Source of the DNA: Nitrosopumilales archaeon
GTDB lineage: Archaea; Thermoproteota; Nitrososphaeria; Nitrososphaerales; Nitrososphaeraceae
Assembly (NCBI GenBank): GCA_044507735.1
Contig: JBIQJB010000002.1
Span: 99,442-163,441, forward strand
DNA: 64,000 nt
Direction of reading: 5' to 3'
Made by a program: the position numbers and the translations under genes. The notes under the pieces are model-generated. The model worked only from the letters and a program-made list of their open reading frames with translations, was not told the origin of the DNA and ran no database searches. This document shows positions 1-9,907 of this stretch, piece after piece. Each line of letters opens with the position of its first letter. Within the stretch, counting starts at the first letter, position 1.

Positions 1-2
1 TT

Positions 3-314
3 ACAGCGATAGGTGCGCTGTTTGTGGTGGCAGTGCACATCATGATGCGGTTGATCATGCCGTATAACCTAAGTCTTGAATATGAGAACGTTATTGCAAA
101 CTATCACAATATTCCTTACGTACTCTTGCTAGAATCGATATTGGTGCTCATAGCCATCCATGGGTTCAACGGATTGCGCGTGATACTGCTTGAACTGCGC
201 CAGAGCAAGGCATGGGAGGACGGAGTGACAATACTGACGATAGCGGCGATGATGGCCGTGATAGCATACGGAACACGCACTATCATCGTCGCAAACGGGT
301 TGGGGTTTGAGTAA
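3..314 (+). CDS. sdhD: Succinate dehydrogenase membrane anchor subunit (5'-truncated by the window edge)
   Basis: Hydrophobic helices with a conserved His (HGFNGLRVIL), directly upstream of sdhB. The frame stays open back to the window start. Confidence 0.85.
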   Translation, partial: TAIGALFVVAVHIMMRLIMPYNLSLEYENVIANYHNIPYVLLLESILVLIAIHGFNGLRVILLELRQSKAWEDGVTILTIAAMMAVIAYGTRTIIVANGLGFE

Positions 315-319
315 AAAAT

Positions 320-1159
320 ATGACTGAACAACCGATAATTGACAAAATAGAAAAGATCGAGAAAAAACACGAAAAGAAAGAGAAGGAAATAATCAGGAGC
401 TCGGTAGTGCTCAAGATATACAGGGCAAACCGGCTTGCAGGAGAATCGCCGCACTATGATAGCGTGGAAGTGCCTGTGCAGCGCTCGACTACAGTACTTG
501 ATGCTCTTCTGTACGCAAAGGCATACAAGGACGCAAGCATCGGGATAAGGTATTCTTGCAGGATGGCATCCTGTGGGTCGTGTGGCATGAAGATAAACGG
601 CATTCCCAGACTCGCATGTTATACCAAAGTATCAGAGCTCGAGGGTTCTACGATTACCGTAGAACCGCTTGCCAACTTTCCACACATCCGGGACCTTGTG
701 ACCGACTTCACACAGTTCTTCAGACACCATCATGACGTGAAGCCATACATACAGAACGAACACGCGGACATTGTTGACAGAACAAAGCTGTCCGAGTTCA
801 TTCAAAGTCCGGAAGAGCTTGACAAGTTCTTGCAATTTTCATATTGCATAAAATGCGGCCTCTGCTACTCTGCCTGTCCGACCGCAGCAACTGATACAAA
901 GTTCCCCGGACCGCAAGCACTTGCGCAGGCATACCGTTACTTTATCGACAACCGCGACACGGCAGGCAAAGACAGGATGAATCTGGTTGACGACAGGCAT
1001 GGAATATGGCGCTGCCATTTTGCCGGCTCGTGCAGTTCTGTCTGCCCTAAAGGCGTAGACCCTGCACTCGGAATCCAGCTGTTGAGAGGCCATCTGCTGG
1101 GCTTTTCAAAGAATGAGAAGAAAGTAGCTGACCTGCAGGAAAGGCTGAAAAAGGACTAG
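320..1159 (+). CDS. sdhB: Succinate dehydrogenase iron-sulfur subunit
   Basis: SCRMASCGSC [2Fe-2S], CIKCGLCYSACP [4Fe-4S] and CHFAGSCSSVCP [3Fe-4S] motifs. Confidence 0.97.
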   Translation: MTEQPIIDKIEKIEKKHEKKEKEIIRSSVVLKIYRANRLAGESPHYDSVEVPVQRSTTVLDALLYAKAYKDASIGIRYSCRMASCGSCGMKINGIPRLACYTKVSELEGSTITVEPLANFPHIRDLVTDFTQFFRHHHDVKPYIQNEHADIVDRTKLSEFIQSPEELDKFLQFSYCIKCGLCYSACPTAATDTKFPGPQALAQAYRYFIDNRDTAGKDRMNLVDDRHGIWRCHFAGSCSSVCPKGVDPALGIQLLRGHLLGFSKNEKKVADLQERLKKD

Positions 1160-1160
1160 G

Positions 1161-1505
1161 CTAGGCAGGGGGCTTGCTCTCTGCCTTGGCGGGGTACTTG
1201 CTTTCGTTCACCTGCTTGTTTATTGCATCCGCCATAAAGTGGTTGCTGACGTTCACCTTTACTTCGTTGATGCCAGACAGCTTGTAAATGTTGTCGCGGA
1301 CGTCTTGGGCGATCTTGAAGCCAAAGACTGCTGGGCAGAATGGACTTGTCAGGTGCAGGTCTACGTTCACCTTGCCAGAGTCAATGTCGACCTTGTCCAC
1401 CAGCTCGAGTTCCATTATGGAAACTCCTATTTCTGGATCCACTATCTTGGTCAACTCATCAAAGATCTTTCTGCGAGTCTGCTGCAATTGTTCGTCCTGA
1501 CTCAT
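1161..1505 (-). CDS. DUF59/SufT-like Fe-S cluster assembly protein
   Basis: DPEIGVSIMELELV and LTSPFCP motifs. Confidence 0.9.
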   Translation of the reverse strand: MSQDEQLQQTRRKIFDELTKIVDPEIGVSIMELELVDKVDIDSGKVNVDLHLTSPFCPAVFGFKIAQDVRDNIYKLSGINEVKVNVSNHFMADAINKQVNESKYPAKAESKPPA

Positions 1506-2046
1506 ATGAACTACAGTAGAAATTCAGCGTATACCATATTTAACTATTGCAGAAATGCTCCGACGCGTGCTTCTCCAATTGATCTAGCTCCCTGATCAGA
1601 TGAATCATTCCCTTCGAGCAAAAGGATTTGTGGCATATTTGTGTCCGTCTACTAGGGTAACTGCTACGGTTTCTCTCAGCGTTCGTCCGCATTCCCTAGA
1701 AGGCAACTCTTCCAAATCTTGGGTAACAATGCCTTGCCATCTCTTAGGAGGAGCAGAGCGATTATCTTGCAGATGATCTGCTGGTATTGCCGCTCTCCTG
1801 TGAACACAAGCGGAGTAACTGTATGACCTGCGTATGCCCATTATGGTGCATTGTGATGCGCTGGAGGGATTTCTATTAACCTACTCGCTGCGAATACATC
1901 GATTGCATGCAAATCTTCCACACAGACCTGTCGGCTGGGCGATGTAACATTGGGCTAGCTGGTCTCCGTTGGTGGAATATTGGCGCGAGCTGCCTTCCCC
2001 TTGGTGTAGAATGTTAAAATAAAGCGCCCACGGTGCACATTTCTGC

Positions 2047-3528
2047 ATGTACCGCTCCCGGCCAAAAGACAAGCTGGATGACAGCGTACTCAGCTTCCTG
2101 TCATCTATTCAGCACGACCAGTCCATACTTTACTATGATATCGTTGGGAGCGAGGCGCACTCGATAATGCTCCACGAAATGGGAAACATCACTTTGGATG
2201 AGCTGAAAAGGATTCTGTCCGCCCTTGAGGAAGCAAGAAAGTACCCTGCAAAGATCGACACTGAAGGCTATGAAGACATTCATGAGGCTCTTGAGGCATT
2301 TGTTATCAAGACTGCCGGGATGGACGCAGGCGGCAAGATGCATACCGCCCGGTCCAGGAATGACCAAGTGGTCCTTGATGTCAGAATGAAAATACGCGAC
2401 GACATCAACGACATTTGTGCGGCACTAATCAGTCTCATCGAAGCTCTTGTTGAACGGGCCAAAGAGACCAAGCAGGTTCCGATGCCGATGTACACTCACT
2501 TGCAACAGGCCCAGATAGGAACATTTTCGCACTTTATGCTGTCATATGCCTATGCCCTCATGCGCGACATGGAGCGCCTCTATATTGCGTATCAGCGCAT
2601 TAACCAGTCGCCGCTTGGTGCCTGCGCCATCGGAGGCTCGAGCATCTCGATCGATAGAAAGAGGACTGCAGTCCTGTTGGGATTTGACAGCATCGTGAGG
2701 AACTCAATAGATGCCACCAGCTCCAGAGATTCGTTTCTTGAATATGCGTCAACACTTGCGATACTGACCAGCAACCTTGGGAGGATTGCTGAAGACTTTA
2801 TAATTTGGTCGACCACTGAGTTTGGGTACATCGAGCTTGCAGACCGCTACAGCTCTACGTCAAGCGCGATGCCGCAGAAGAAGAATCCCGATCCTCTGGA
2901 ACTTACAAGGGCCAAGGCAGCGATTGTTACAAGCAATCTGGTAACTCTGCATGGCATCGTGAAGGCTCTGCCGTCCGGATACAGCCGCGATTTACAGGAT
3001 TTCAAGCCACCACTGCTGAACTCATCTGCAGTCACTCTTGCTACTATAATGATAGTGGACGGCGTTGTCCGGTCGCTTAAGGTTAACAAAGAAAAAATGC
3101 AGCAGGCTGCCAGCACGAGCTATGCCATTGCTCTGGATATAGCTGAACAGCTGGTGACAAAGCACAAGATGCCATTCCGAAGCGCGCACAAATTGGTCGG
3201 CGCGCTCGTCGACAGGGCTGCAAATAATGACAGGAATACTTCGCTTGCAGATCTCCAACTTTCAGAAGTCGCAGCAGTTATCAATGCACTGGAAGCAAAA
3301 ATCAAGCCTGACGAGCTGTTAAACATAGTCCGGGAAATGACGCCAGAAAAATCTCTGGCGGCCCGCAAGTCCACAGGCTCCCCAAACCTCCAAGAGCAGG
3401 AGGAGATGATAAATTCCCTGAGCCAGGGAATCTCAAACTATCGGGTCGGCATAGCAAAGCGCTCAAAGATGGTCAGGGGTGCATTTGACAGTCTGGAAAA
3501 AACTGTCAAGAAGTACTTGCAATCGTGA
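2047..3528 (+). CDS. argH: Argininosuccinate lyase
   Basis: HTARSRNDQ, YTHLQQAQ and SSAMPQKKNPD signatures. Confidence 0.97.
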   Translation: MYRSRPKDKLDDSVLSFLSSIQHDQSILYYDIVGSEAHSIMLHEMGNITLDELKRILSALEEARKYPAKIDTEGYEDIHEALEAFVIKTAGMDAGGKMHTARSRNDQVVLDVRMKIRDDINDICAALISLIEALVERAKETKQVPMPMYTHLQQAQIGTFSHFMLSYAYALMRDMERLYIAYQRINQSPLGACAIGGSSISIDRKRTAVLLGFDSIVRNSIDATSSRDSFLEYASTLAILTSNLGRIAEDFIIWSTTEFGYIELADRYSSTSSAMPQKKNPDPLELTRAKAAIVTSNLVTLHGIVKALPSGYSRDLQDFKPPLLNSSAVTLATIMIVDGVVRSLKVNKEKMQQAASTSYAIALDIAEQLVTKHKMPFRSAHKLVGALVDRAANNDRNTSLADLQLSEVAAVINALEAKIKPDELLNIVREMTPEKSLAARKSTGSPNLQEQEEMINSLSQGISNYRVGIAKRSKMVRGAFDSLEKTVKKYLQS

Positions 3529-3548
3529 CTGTTATCGCACTTTGCTAA

Positions 3549-3611
3549 TCGATAGTATCGAAATTCGTTTCCCTTAGCCTATTTGTTTGCGCTTATAGCG
3601 AAAATAAGCGC
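3549..3611. promoter_or_regulatory. Two inverted repeats upstream of the lysine cluster promoter
   Basis: TCGATA-G-TATCGA (3549-3561) and GCGCTTAT-N7-ATAAGCGC (3589-3611). TATA-like TTTATAT at ~3641, about 25 nt before the ATG at 3667. Confidence 0.4.
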
Positions 3612-3666
3612 CTAGAATCGCTATTTATGTTGCGAGAAGGTTTATATCATATCCGAAAGTAGTTAA

Positions 3667-4899
3667 ATGTCGCAACAAATGTCGCTAAAATCAGACGATC
3701 CAAACTATTATGCGCATCAGTACAACTGGATGGGTGAAAACGGCCAGAAGAGAAGGATAAGGATCCTTGATAGCACGCTAAGAGAAGGCGAGCAGCACCC
3801 CGGAGTATCTTTTACCACAAAGCAGAGAATCCAAATCGCTTGGATGCTCGATTCGTTTGGGGTCGACCAGATTGAGATAAGCCCTGTCGTTTCGCCTGAT
3901 CATGCTGAAGCCACAAAGACCATAATCAAGCAGGGATTGCGCGCAGACATTGTTGCGCACACAAGGGCGATCAAGTCGGACGTTGACGTTGCCATTGACT
4001 GCGGCGCGACATGGGTCGCGACCTACATGGGTATTTCAGACATTCACATATCTGCCAAGCTAAAGATCACTCGTGAAGAGGCAAAGTCAAGGGCCCTCGA
4101 AGTAGCCGACTACATCAAGGCTCATGGCCTGAAGGCAAGGTTTACAATGGAAGATGCCAGTAGAACCGAGCCGGCGTTCCTCATCGAGATGTGCAGGGAA
4201 ATGAACAAGCGTGGCATCGAGAGAATAAGCATACCCGATACTGTTGGCATCATGCGTCCGCGCGGTATGTACAACTTGGTCAAGATGGTTCATGACAGCC
4301 TTGACACTTCAAGGACGTCACTTGACGTACACTGCCACAACGACATAGGTCTTGCTCTGGCAAACGCCTTGGCGGGATGTGAAGCAGGAGCCGACCAGAT
4401 CCACACGACCATCGACGGCCTTGGGGAACGGACTGGGATCCCAAGTCTCGCAGAAACGGCAGTCGCGCTCACGCTGATTTACAAGTCAAATAACGATCTG
4501 CGCCTGCACATGCTCAAGGATCTATCAAAGACGATCTCTGACTATGTCGGACTGCAAATACCCGAATCAAAGCCAATAGTGGGCGATAGTGCATACAAGC
4601 ACAAGGCCGGGACGCACTTGGCAGCAATACTTCGTAACCCCTCCGCATACGAGATAATCGAGCCAAAATTAGTCGGCAACAGGCGCAAGATAGTATTTGG
4701 CGAGCTTGCCGGCAAGAACGGTGCCGCATATCTGCTATCGTTGCTTGGATTGGAAACTGGCAAGGCCGAAGCGGAAGCCCTAGCACGCGGTCTGAAAGAG
4801 CTTCGAATGGGAGACATACTCGAGCTCTATCTTGACGACAGGCTGGAGAGAAAGATACTTAATGACGCTGCTGTAAATCTAAGCACAACAAAGGAGTAA
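3667..4899 (+). CDS. Homocitrate synthase (LeuA/DRE-TIM family)
   Basis: DSTLREGEQ, HCHNDIG and GLGERTG motifs. Lacks the LeuA regulatory domain and heads a lysW-lysX-lysK cluster. Confidence 0.85.
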   Translation: MSQQMSLKSDDPNYYAHQYNWMGENGQKRRIRILDSTLREGEQHPGVSFTTKQRIQIAWMLDSFGVDQIEISPVVSPDHAEATKTIIKQGLRADIVAHTRAIKSDVDVAIDCGATWVATYMGISDIHISAKLKITREEAKSRALEVADYIKAHGLKARFTMEDASRTEPAFLIEMCREMNKRGIERISIPDTVGIMRPRGMYNLVKMVHDSLDTSRTSLDVHCHNDIGLALANALAGCEAGADQIHTTIDGLGERTGIPSLAETAVALTLIYKSNNDLRLHMLKDLSKTISDYVGLQIPESKPIVGDSAYKHKAGTHLAAILRNPSAYEIIEPKLVGNRRKIVFGELAGKNGAAYLLSLLGLETGKAEAEALARGLKELRMGDILELYLDDRLERKILNDAAVNLSTTKE

Positions 4900-4907
4900 A
4901 AGTTGAC

Positions 4908-5075
4908 ATGGTCAAATGTCCAGAATGCGATGCAGAGATCAAGATACCTTCGGATTCGATAGAGGGAGAAATCGTAACCTGTCCTGACTGCGGAGCAAGC
5001 TACGAGCTTGTCAAGTCTGCAGATGGCTTTGGTATTAAACCGGCGCAGGTTGTCGGCGAGGACTGGGGTCAGTGA
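4908..5075 (+). CDS. lysW: Amino-group carrier protein LysW (55 aa, not in ORF track)
   Basis: Translated by hand: MVKCPECDAEIKIPSDSIEGEIVTCPDCGASYELVKSADGFGIKPAQVVGEDWGQ. Two CxxC zinc motifs and an EDWGx tail; the stop overlaps the lysX start. Confidence 0.95.
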   Translation: MVKCPECDAEIKIPSDSIEGEIVTCPDCGASYELVKSADGFGIKPAQVVGEDWGQ

Positions 5076-5974
5076 GGCAGGAAAAGGATAGCCACGATCA
5101 GTCGTCATCGTCCAATTTTTCCGGCAACTCTCTTATCATCCTCTATGATAACATAAGGTGGGAAGAAAAGGCCCTTTACGAGGCTGCAAAGAAAAAGGGA
5201 GTGGCAGTCGAAAATGTCGACTGCAAGAACCTTGTTGCGAGACTGAACGACAGGCAATCAAAATACAGGGGTCAGGTTGTACTCCAGAGGAGCGTCAGCT
5301 ATTTCAAAAACGTACATTCTACGGCAGCGCTTGAGGGCTTGGGAGCACGCGTGATAAACCCCTCCCACGCTGCAATTCTCTGCGGCAACAAGATGTATGC
5401 CCACATAGAGCTCGAAAAGGCTGGTGTCAAGACGCCCAAGGCAGTGGCGGCATTTTCAGAAGAGGGGGCTTTGGCCGCCCTTGACGAATTGGGCTACCCT
5501 GCAGTCATCAAGCCCACTGTGGGAAGCTGGGGTAGGCTTATCGCGCTATTGCGCGACAAGGAGGCAGCCCGTGCAGTTATTGAAGACAGAGAGCACATGT
5601 TCCCACTTTACCATGTTTATTACTTTGAAGAGTTTATAGAACGTCCGCCCCGGGACATAAGGGCGATAGTGGTTGGTGACCGAGTAGTGGCTGCGATATA
5701 TCGCTACTCTGGTGAAGGTGAGTGGAAGACTAACATGGCGCTCGGGGGCCATGCAGAAGCGTGCCCTGTCACTAAAGAACTTGAAGATATCTGCCTCAAA
5801 GCCACACACGCCCTTGGCGGTCAGATAGTGGGTGTGGATCTGATGGAGAGCAAGAGTGAAGGATTAGTGGTTCACGAAGTTAACAATACCACCGAGTTTA
5901 AGAATACTGTCAGGGTTACAGGAGTTGACATCCCCGGATTGATGGTAGACTATGCGCTAGCGCAAGGAAAGTAA
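5072..5974 (+). CDS. lysX: LysW-aminoadipate/glutamate ligase (RimK-type ATP-grasp)
   Basis: KPTVGSWGRL, WKTNMALGG and EVNNTTEF motifs; adjacent to lysW. Confidence 0.95.
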   Translation: MRQEKDSHDQSSSSNFSGNSLIILYDNIRWEEKALYEAAKKKGVAVENVDCKNLVARLNDRQSKYRGQVVLQRSVSYFKNVHSTAALEGLGARVINPSHAAILCGNKMYAHIELEKAGVKTPKAVAAFSEEGALAALDELGYPAVIKPTVGSWGRLIALLRDKEAARAVIEDREHMFPLYHVYYFEEFIERPPRDIRAIVVGDRVVAAIYRYSGEGEWKTNMALGGHAEACPVTKELEDICLKATHALGGQIVGVDLMESKSEGLVVHEVNNTTEFKNTVRVTGVDIPGLMVDYALAQGK

Positions 5975-5981
5975 AGAAGAA

Positions 5982-7100
5982 TTGGTATCGCCAAGTTACG
6001 CAGTAGAATTATTGAAAAAGGCACTAGAGCTTTACACTCCTTCCAGGTCAGAGGCTGCACTTGCCAACATGATAAAGGACAAGTGCGTCAATGAGCTTGG
6101 CTTTGAGCAGGTTAACATTGACAATGTCGGCAACATCATTGCCACGAAAGGCACGGGTGAGCCCCGTATACTTCTATGCGGCCACATGGACACGGTGCCC
6201 GGTCAGGTGCCGGTGAGGATTGAAGATGGCTACATCTATGGCCGTGGTGCTTCCGATGCAAAGGCTCCTCTAATTGCAATGCTGCTCGCAGCATCCGAAT
6301 TTCCAAAGCAAAGTGGTACAGTCATCTTTGCAGGAGTCGTTGATGAAGAGGGCAATGCTACGGGGGTAAAACAATTGGTCAAGAGTAAGATGGGAGTGGA
6401 CTATGCAGTTTTTGGAGAACCCTCGGGCGTTGAAAGCATTACAGTGGCCTACAAGGGAAGGCTTGCAATCCGGCTCACTTGCGACGTTGGCGACAGTGCT
6501 CATGCGAGTGCGCCGTGGCTTGCCAAAAACGCGATAGAAGAGATGTATGATTTCTGGAGTGCGATCAAGGCAGAGATAGAGCGCGTCGGGACGGCCGAAA
6601 ATAAGGCCAAGTCAATCAGCTGCAGTCTGACAGAGATAACTGGAGGATCAAGCCACAACGTTACTCCCCAGAAATGCAAGATTACCATGGACATCCGGGT
6701 TCCTACAATCACGACTTGCGAAAACGTACTCAGGATTGTCGATACGGTAGTTGCAAAGGTTGCTGCGGAAAAAGGAGTCAAAGCCACTTACCGTATAGAG
6801 GACAAGACCGAGCCCTTTGAAGCAGATCATTCTTCTCCGCTTGTAAGGTCACTGTTGCTCGCAGTGCTGGACGTCCGCAAAAGGCGGCCAATGCTTTTGC
6901 GCAAGACAGGAACAGGCGACATGAATGTACTTGGGCACAGCTTCAAGATACCTGTCATAACATATGGACCCGGTGACCCTCATGCGTCACACACTGCCGA
7001 CGAGCGCGTCAACATCGAGGAATATGTCTCAAGCATCGAAGTTTACCAGCGTGCACTGTTCCACCTCTCGCGCTTGCACCACCTGAAAAAGAAGCAATAG
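5982..7100 (+). CDS. lysK: LysW-lysine/ornithine hydrolase (M20 peptidase)
   Basis: CGHMDTV, GRGASDAK, DEE and GEPS motifs; operon context. Confidence 0.92.
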   Translation: MVSPSYAVELLKKALELYTPSRSEAALANMIKDKCVNELGFEQVNIDNVGNIIATKGTGEPRILLCGHMDTVPGQVPVRIEDGYIYGRGASDAKAPLIAMLLAASEFPKQSGTVIFAGVVDEEGNATGVKQLVKSKMGVDYAVFGEPSGVESITVAYKGRLAIRLTCDVGDSAHASAPWLAKNAIEEMYDFWSAIKAEIERVGTAENKAKSISCSLTEITGGSSHNVTPQKCKITMDIRVPTITTCENVLRIVDTVVAKVAAEKGVKATYRIEDKTEPFEADHSSPLVRSLLLAVLDVRKRRPMLLRKTGTGDMNVLGHSFKIPVITYGPGDPHASHTADERVNIEEYVSSIEVYQRALFHLSRLHHLKKKQ

Positions 7101-7157
7101 CAGTTACAGGGATAACGATGCCAAAATATAGGCGTCGACTGCCTGATATTTCGATAT

Positions 7158-8231
7158 ATGCTATGGTTTGTAGGTACTGGTATTGATGGGTACAGAGGCT
7201 TAAGCCTTGCAGCACTTGATGTCTTGAAGAAATGCGACACCATCTATGCTGAAAGGTTCACTAGTGCCCTCTCGGACAAGGACCTGGAAGGAATCAATGC
7301 ATTGGTTGGAAAGGAGGTCAAGTCAGTCCAGAGAAGCTTTGTCGAGGACGGAAGAGAGATTCTTGAAAACGCAAAGAAAAGCGAAATTGCACTTGTTACA
7401 TACGGGGACCCGATGATTGCCACAACGCACAGTGAGCTTCGTGCAAGGGCTGCTAAGCATTCCGTCAAGACAGCAGTTCTTCATGCCGCGTCAGGAATAT
7501 CATCGACAATTGGAGAAACAGGCCTGCATGTATACAAGTTTGGCAGGATGGTTACGATGATGTCGGAGCCCCAATCAGCAATCAGCGTTTACAATACCAT
7601 TTTTGAGAACCTGCTTGCAGGGAACCACACTCTTGTCTTGACAGAGTATAGCAGTAGTCATGACGAGCGCGGACAACCATTCTTTCTGGAACCCCCGACT
7701 GCGTTCAAGATGCTTCTTGATGTAGAGCGCGATCAAAGGTATCAGGTCTTTTCGAACAATACCTTCGTAGTAGTTGCGTCGAGGGTTGGTCAGTCTGACC
7801 AGAGAGTGGTGTCGGGCAAGGCTGGCTCGCTGGCAAAGATCGACTTTGGAGCAGGCCCCCACATAGTAGTTGTCACTGGCTCCATGCATTTCACTGAATC
7901 TGAAGCAGTAGCAGCGTTGACTGAAAGCTTCGACCCGCCAGCGGATAATTCGCAAGGGATCAAAAGGATCGCTACGCAAATGATTGAGCGTTATGCGCCG
8001 AAAGCCAAGGTTGCGGCACGGGAAATGCGTGAAATCATAAGGCGAGACGCAGGAGACAATAAAGGCATGTTCGATGTCCTAGACAACGCAGAGTATTACA
8101 TTGCAGATGCCGAGCGTTTTCTCCGTCAGGCCAAGTTCGAGCTGGCTGTACTGAGCATCGGCTATGCTGAGGGCCTTGTTGATGCACTCAGATTCCAGAA
8201 AGGGATCAACCCTTGGGAAACTTCTGATTGA
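7158..8231 (+). CDS. dph5: Diphthine synthase with C-terminal DUF357-like domain
   Basis: GDPMIATTH and GLHVYKFG motifs. C-terminal YIADAERFL...GYAEGLVDAL resembles DUF357. Confidence 0.92.
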   Translation: MLWFVGTGIDGYRGLSLAALDVLKKCDTIYAERFTSALSDKDLEGINALVGKEVKSVQRSFVEDGREILENAKKSEIALVTYGDPMIATTHSELRARAAKHSVKTAVLHAASGISSTIGETGLHVYKFGRMVTMMSEPQSAISVYNTIFENLLAGNHTLVLTEYSSSHDERGQPFFLEPPTAFKMLLDVERDQRYQVFSNNTFVVVASRVGQSDQRVVSGKAGSLAKIDFGAGPHIVVVTGSMHFTESEAVAALTESFDPPADNSQGIKRIATQMIERYAPKAKVAAREMREIIRRDAGDNKGMFDVLDNAEYYIADAERFLRQAKFELAVLSIGYAEGLVDALRFQKGINPWETSD

Positions 8232-8266
8232 CATATATTATATATGAGAGGCAGAGATGGACAGCC

Positions 8267-8773
8267 GTGTCAGACGATCAAGCCTTCAAGTTGCTCGCCG
8301 ATAGCAAGGTACAGGAATTTAACAGCTGGAGGATGAAGAACCTGACAGCAAAGCTTGACCTTACTGGGAAAGACCTGTCGGGCAGAAATCTGGCGGGAGC
8401 ATACCTGAATGGAGTCGTTGCAGACAAGGCAAACTTTTCAGGGGCAAATCTTGCCCGAGCAAATTTTGTACAGGCAAGCCTGAACGGCGCGAATTTTGAA
8501 AATGCAGACCTTACAGATACTCTGCTAATGTACACCGAAATGAAAGATGCGCGGCTAGCGGGATCTAGCCTGCAAGGAACCAACTTTATGTGGGCCAACC
8601 TTCAAGGTGCAGACCTTACTTCGAGCAAGATGTACAAGACCGTATTTGTTGAGGCAAACCTGCAAAATGCCAAGGTCGCTGGTGCCGATAGAGCCGGGGC
8701 TTTTCTAAAATACGCCAAGCTAGATGGCACGGAATGGTTCGAGCACGCCGCTGAAAAAAAGGCTACCACTTGA
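8267..8773 (+). CDS. Pentapeptide repeat protein
   Basis: Tandem A(N/D)(L/F)xx repeats. Start moved to the GTG at 8267, ~23 nt after TATATTATAT. Confidence 0.9.
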   Translation: MSDDQAFKLLADSKVQEFNSWRMKNLTAKLDLTGKDLSGRNLAGAYLNGVVADKANFSGANLARANFVQASLNGANFENADLTDTLLMYTEMKDARLAGSSLQGTNFMWANLQGADLTSSKMYKTVFVEANLQNAKVAGADRAGAFLKYAKLDGTEWFEHAAEKKATT

Positions 8774-9298
8774 TGCAGGTCCCGTTGCCAAGTGCAACTG
8801 TAGTGTTCTTTCCTGCCTTTTCACCAAGCTAGATGTCCAGCTTGTTGGTACGCTGACAGATGTCATGCTGCTGCAGCATGACATGGAATGCACTTTCTCT
8901 GTGGTTGGACTTCGCTGCCAAAATTTCTGTCACTTTGTCTGAATGGAACACATAGGGGTAGTCCCCGCCCCCACCCGCATATGCTTCAAGAGGGTGTGCG
9001 TACAAGCTATTCCTGGTATTGGACTGCCGCGCATTTCTTGCCTTAGGCCATCTTCTCCGCATTGTCATGCACGATTTCGATCAGATTGAAAATGCTGTAT
9101 AGATTTTCCTCCACACACACATGCCTGACCCGGCATTCGTTGTAAGAATGCAGGATGTTAACTCTGGGCACAAGGAGTGACGACAAAAGCCAAGCCCTGC
9201 GGAGCTTCGTTAAACCTCTTTGACAGGCAGGCCCGCTACGCTATGGCGTACCAATTTCCAAAGATTTATTAATTATCAAAGAATCCTTTTCTCTTAGT

Positions 9299-9907
9299 AT
9301 GGCGCAAACGCCTCCAGCCGGAGGAAAAGTATCGCGGCGCGACTTTCTAAAACTGATGGCAGCCGCCGGTACAGTCATGACGTTTGCACCCTTTGTTGAC
9401 TGGGGCAAGTTTCTTCCTAACCCCTCTGGTAGCGTATCAGAGAGAGTAAAGGCGCAACTTGCCAATGGTGAAGTTGTCAACATCAACGACTTTGAACCTA
9501 ATTCCTCCAAAGTAATCATTTATCCAAGGAGCGAAGACGAAGTCCTTAACAAGGAAGCATTCCGCACATGGCAGCTGATCCGCCTTCCAGTGGAGCTGGG
9601 CGGAGACCGTAATGATGCTTCCGCTTTTCGCGCTTATAGCATGGTTTGCTTGCACCTCTGGTGCCTCTGGAAATACTGGCCGCAGGAAGGAAGGAAGAGG
9701 GGAGAATGCCCCTGCCACGGTAGCATGTATGACCCACTGACTGGCAAAGCATTCGCAGGTCCTGCATCTTTACAAGGACCGCCTTCAAACGTTCTACCAA
9801 AACTTGATTTAGATGTCGATCCAAATGGTGACCTGGTTGTACTGCCTCCTAGATGGGACCCTAATGCAAATGGAATAGTTGGATATGGGCGCTACCTTAA
9901 CGTATGA
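9299..9907 (+). CDS. Rieske [2Fe-2S] subunit of complex III
   Basis: Tat signal SRRDFLK; CLHLWC and CPCHGS Rieske boxes. Confidence 0.95.
   Translation: MAQTPPAGGKVSRRDFLKLMAAAGTVMTFAPFVDWGKFLPNPSGSVSERVKAQLANGEVVNINDFEPNSSKVIIYPRSEDEVLNKEAFRTWQLIRLPVELGGDRNDASAFRAYSMVCLHLWCLWKYWPQEGRKRGECPCHGSMYDPLTGKAFAGPASLQGPPSNVLPKLDLDVDPNGDLVVLPPRWDPNANGIVGYGRYLNV

Noticed and set aside
1605-1841. 78-aa minus-strand ORF between DUF59 and argH
   Set aside because: No motif and atypical composition; cannot be supported as a gene.
8829-9068. 79-aa minus-strand ORF upstream of the Rieske gene
   Set aside because: No recognisable domain; may be spurious.
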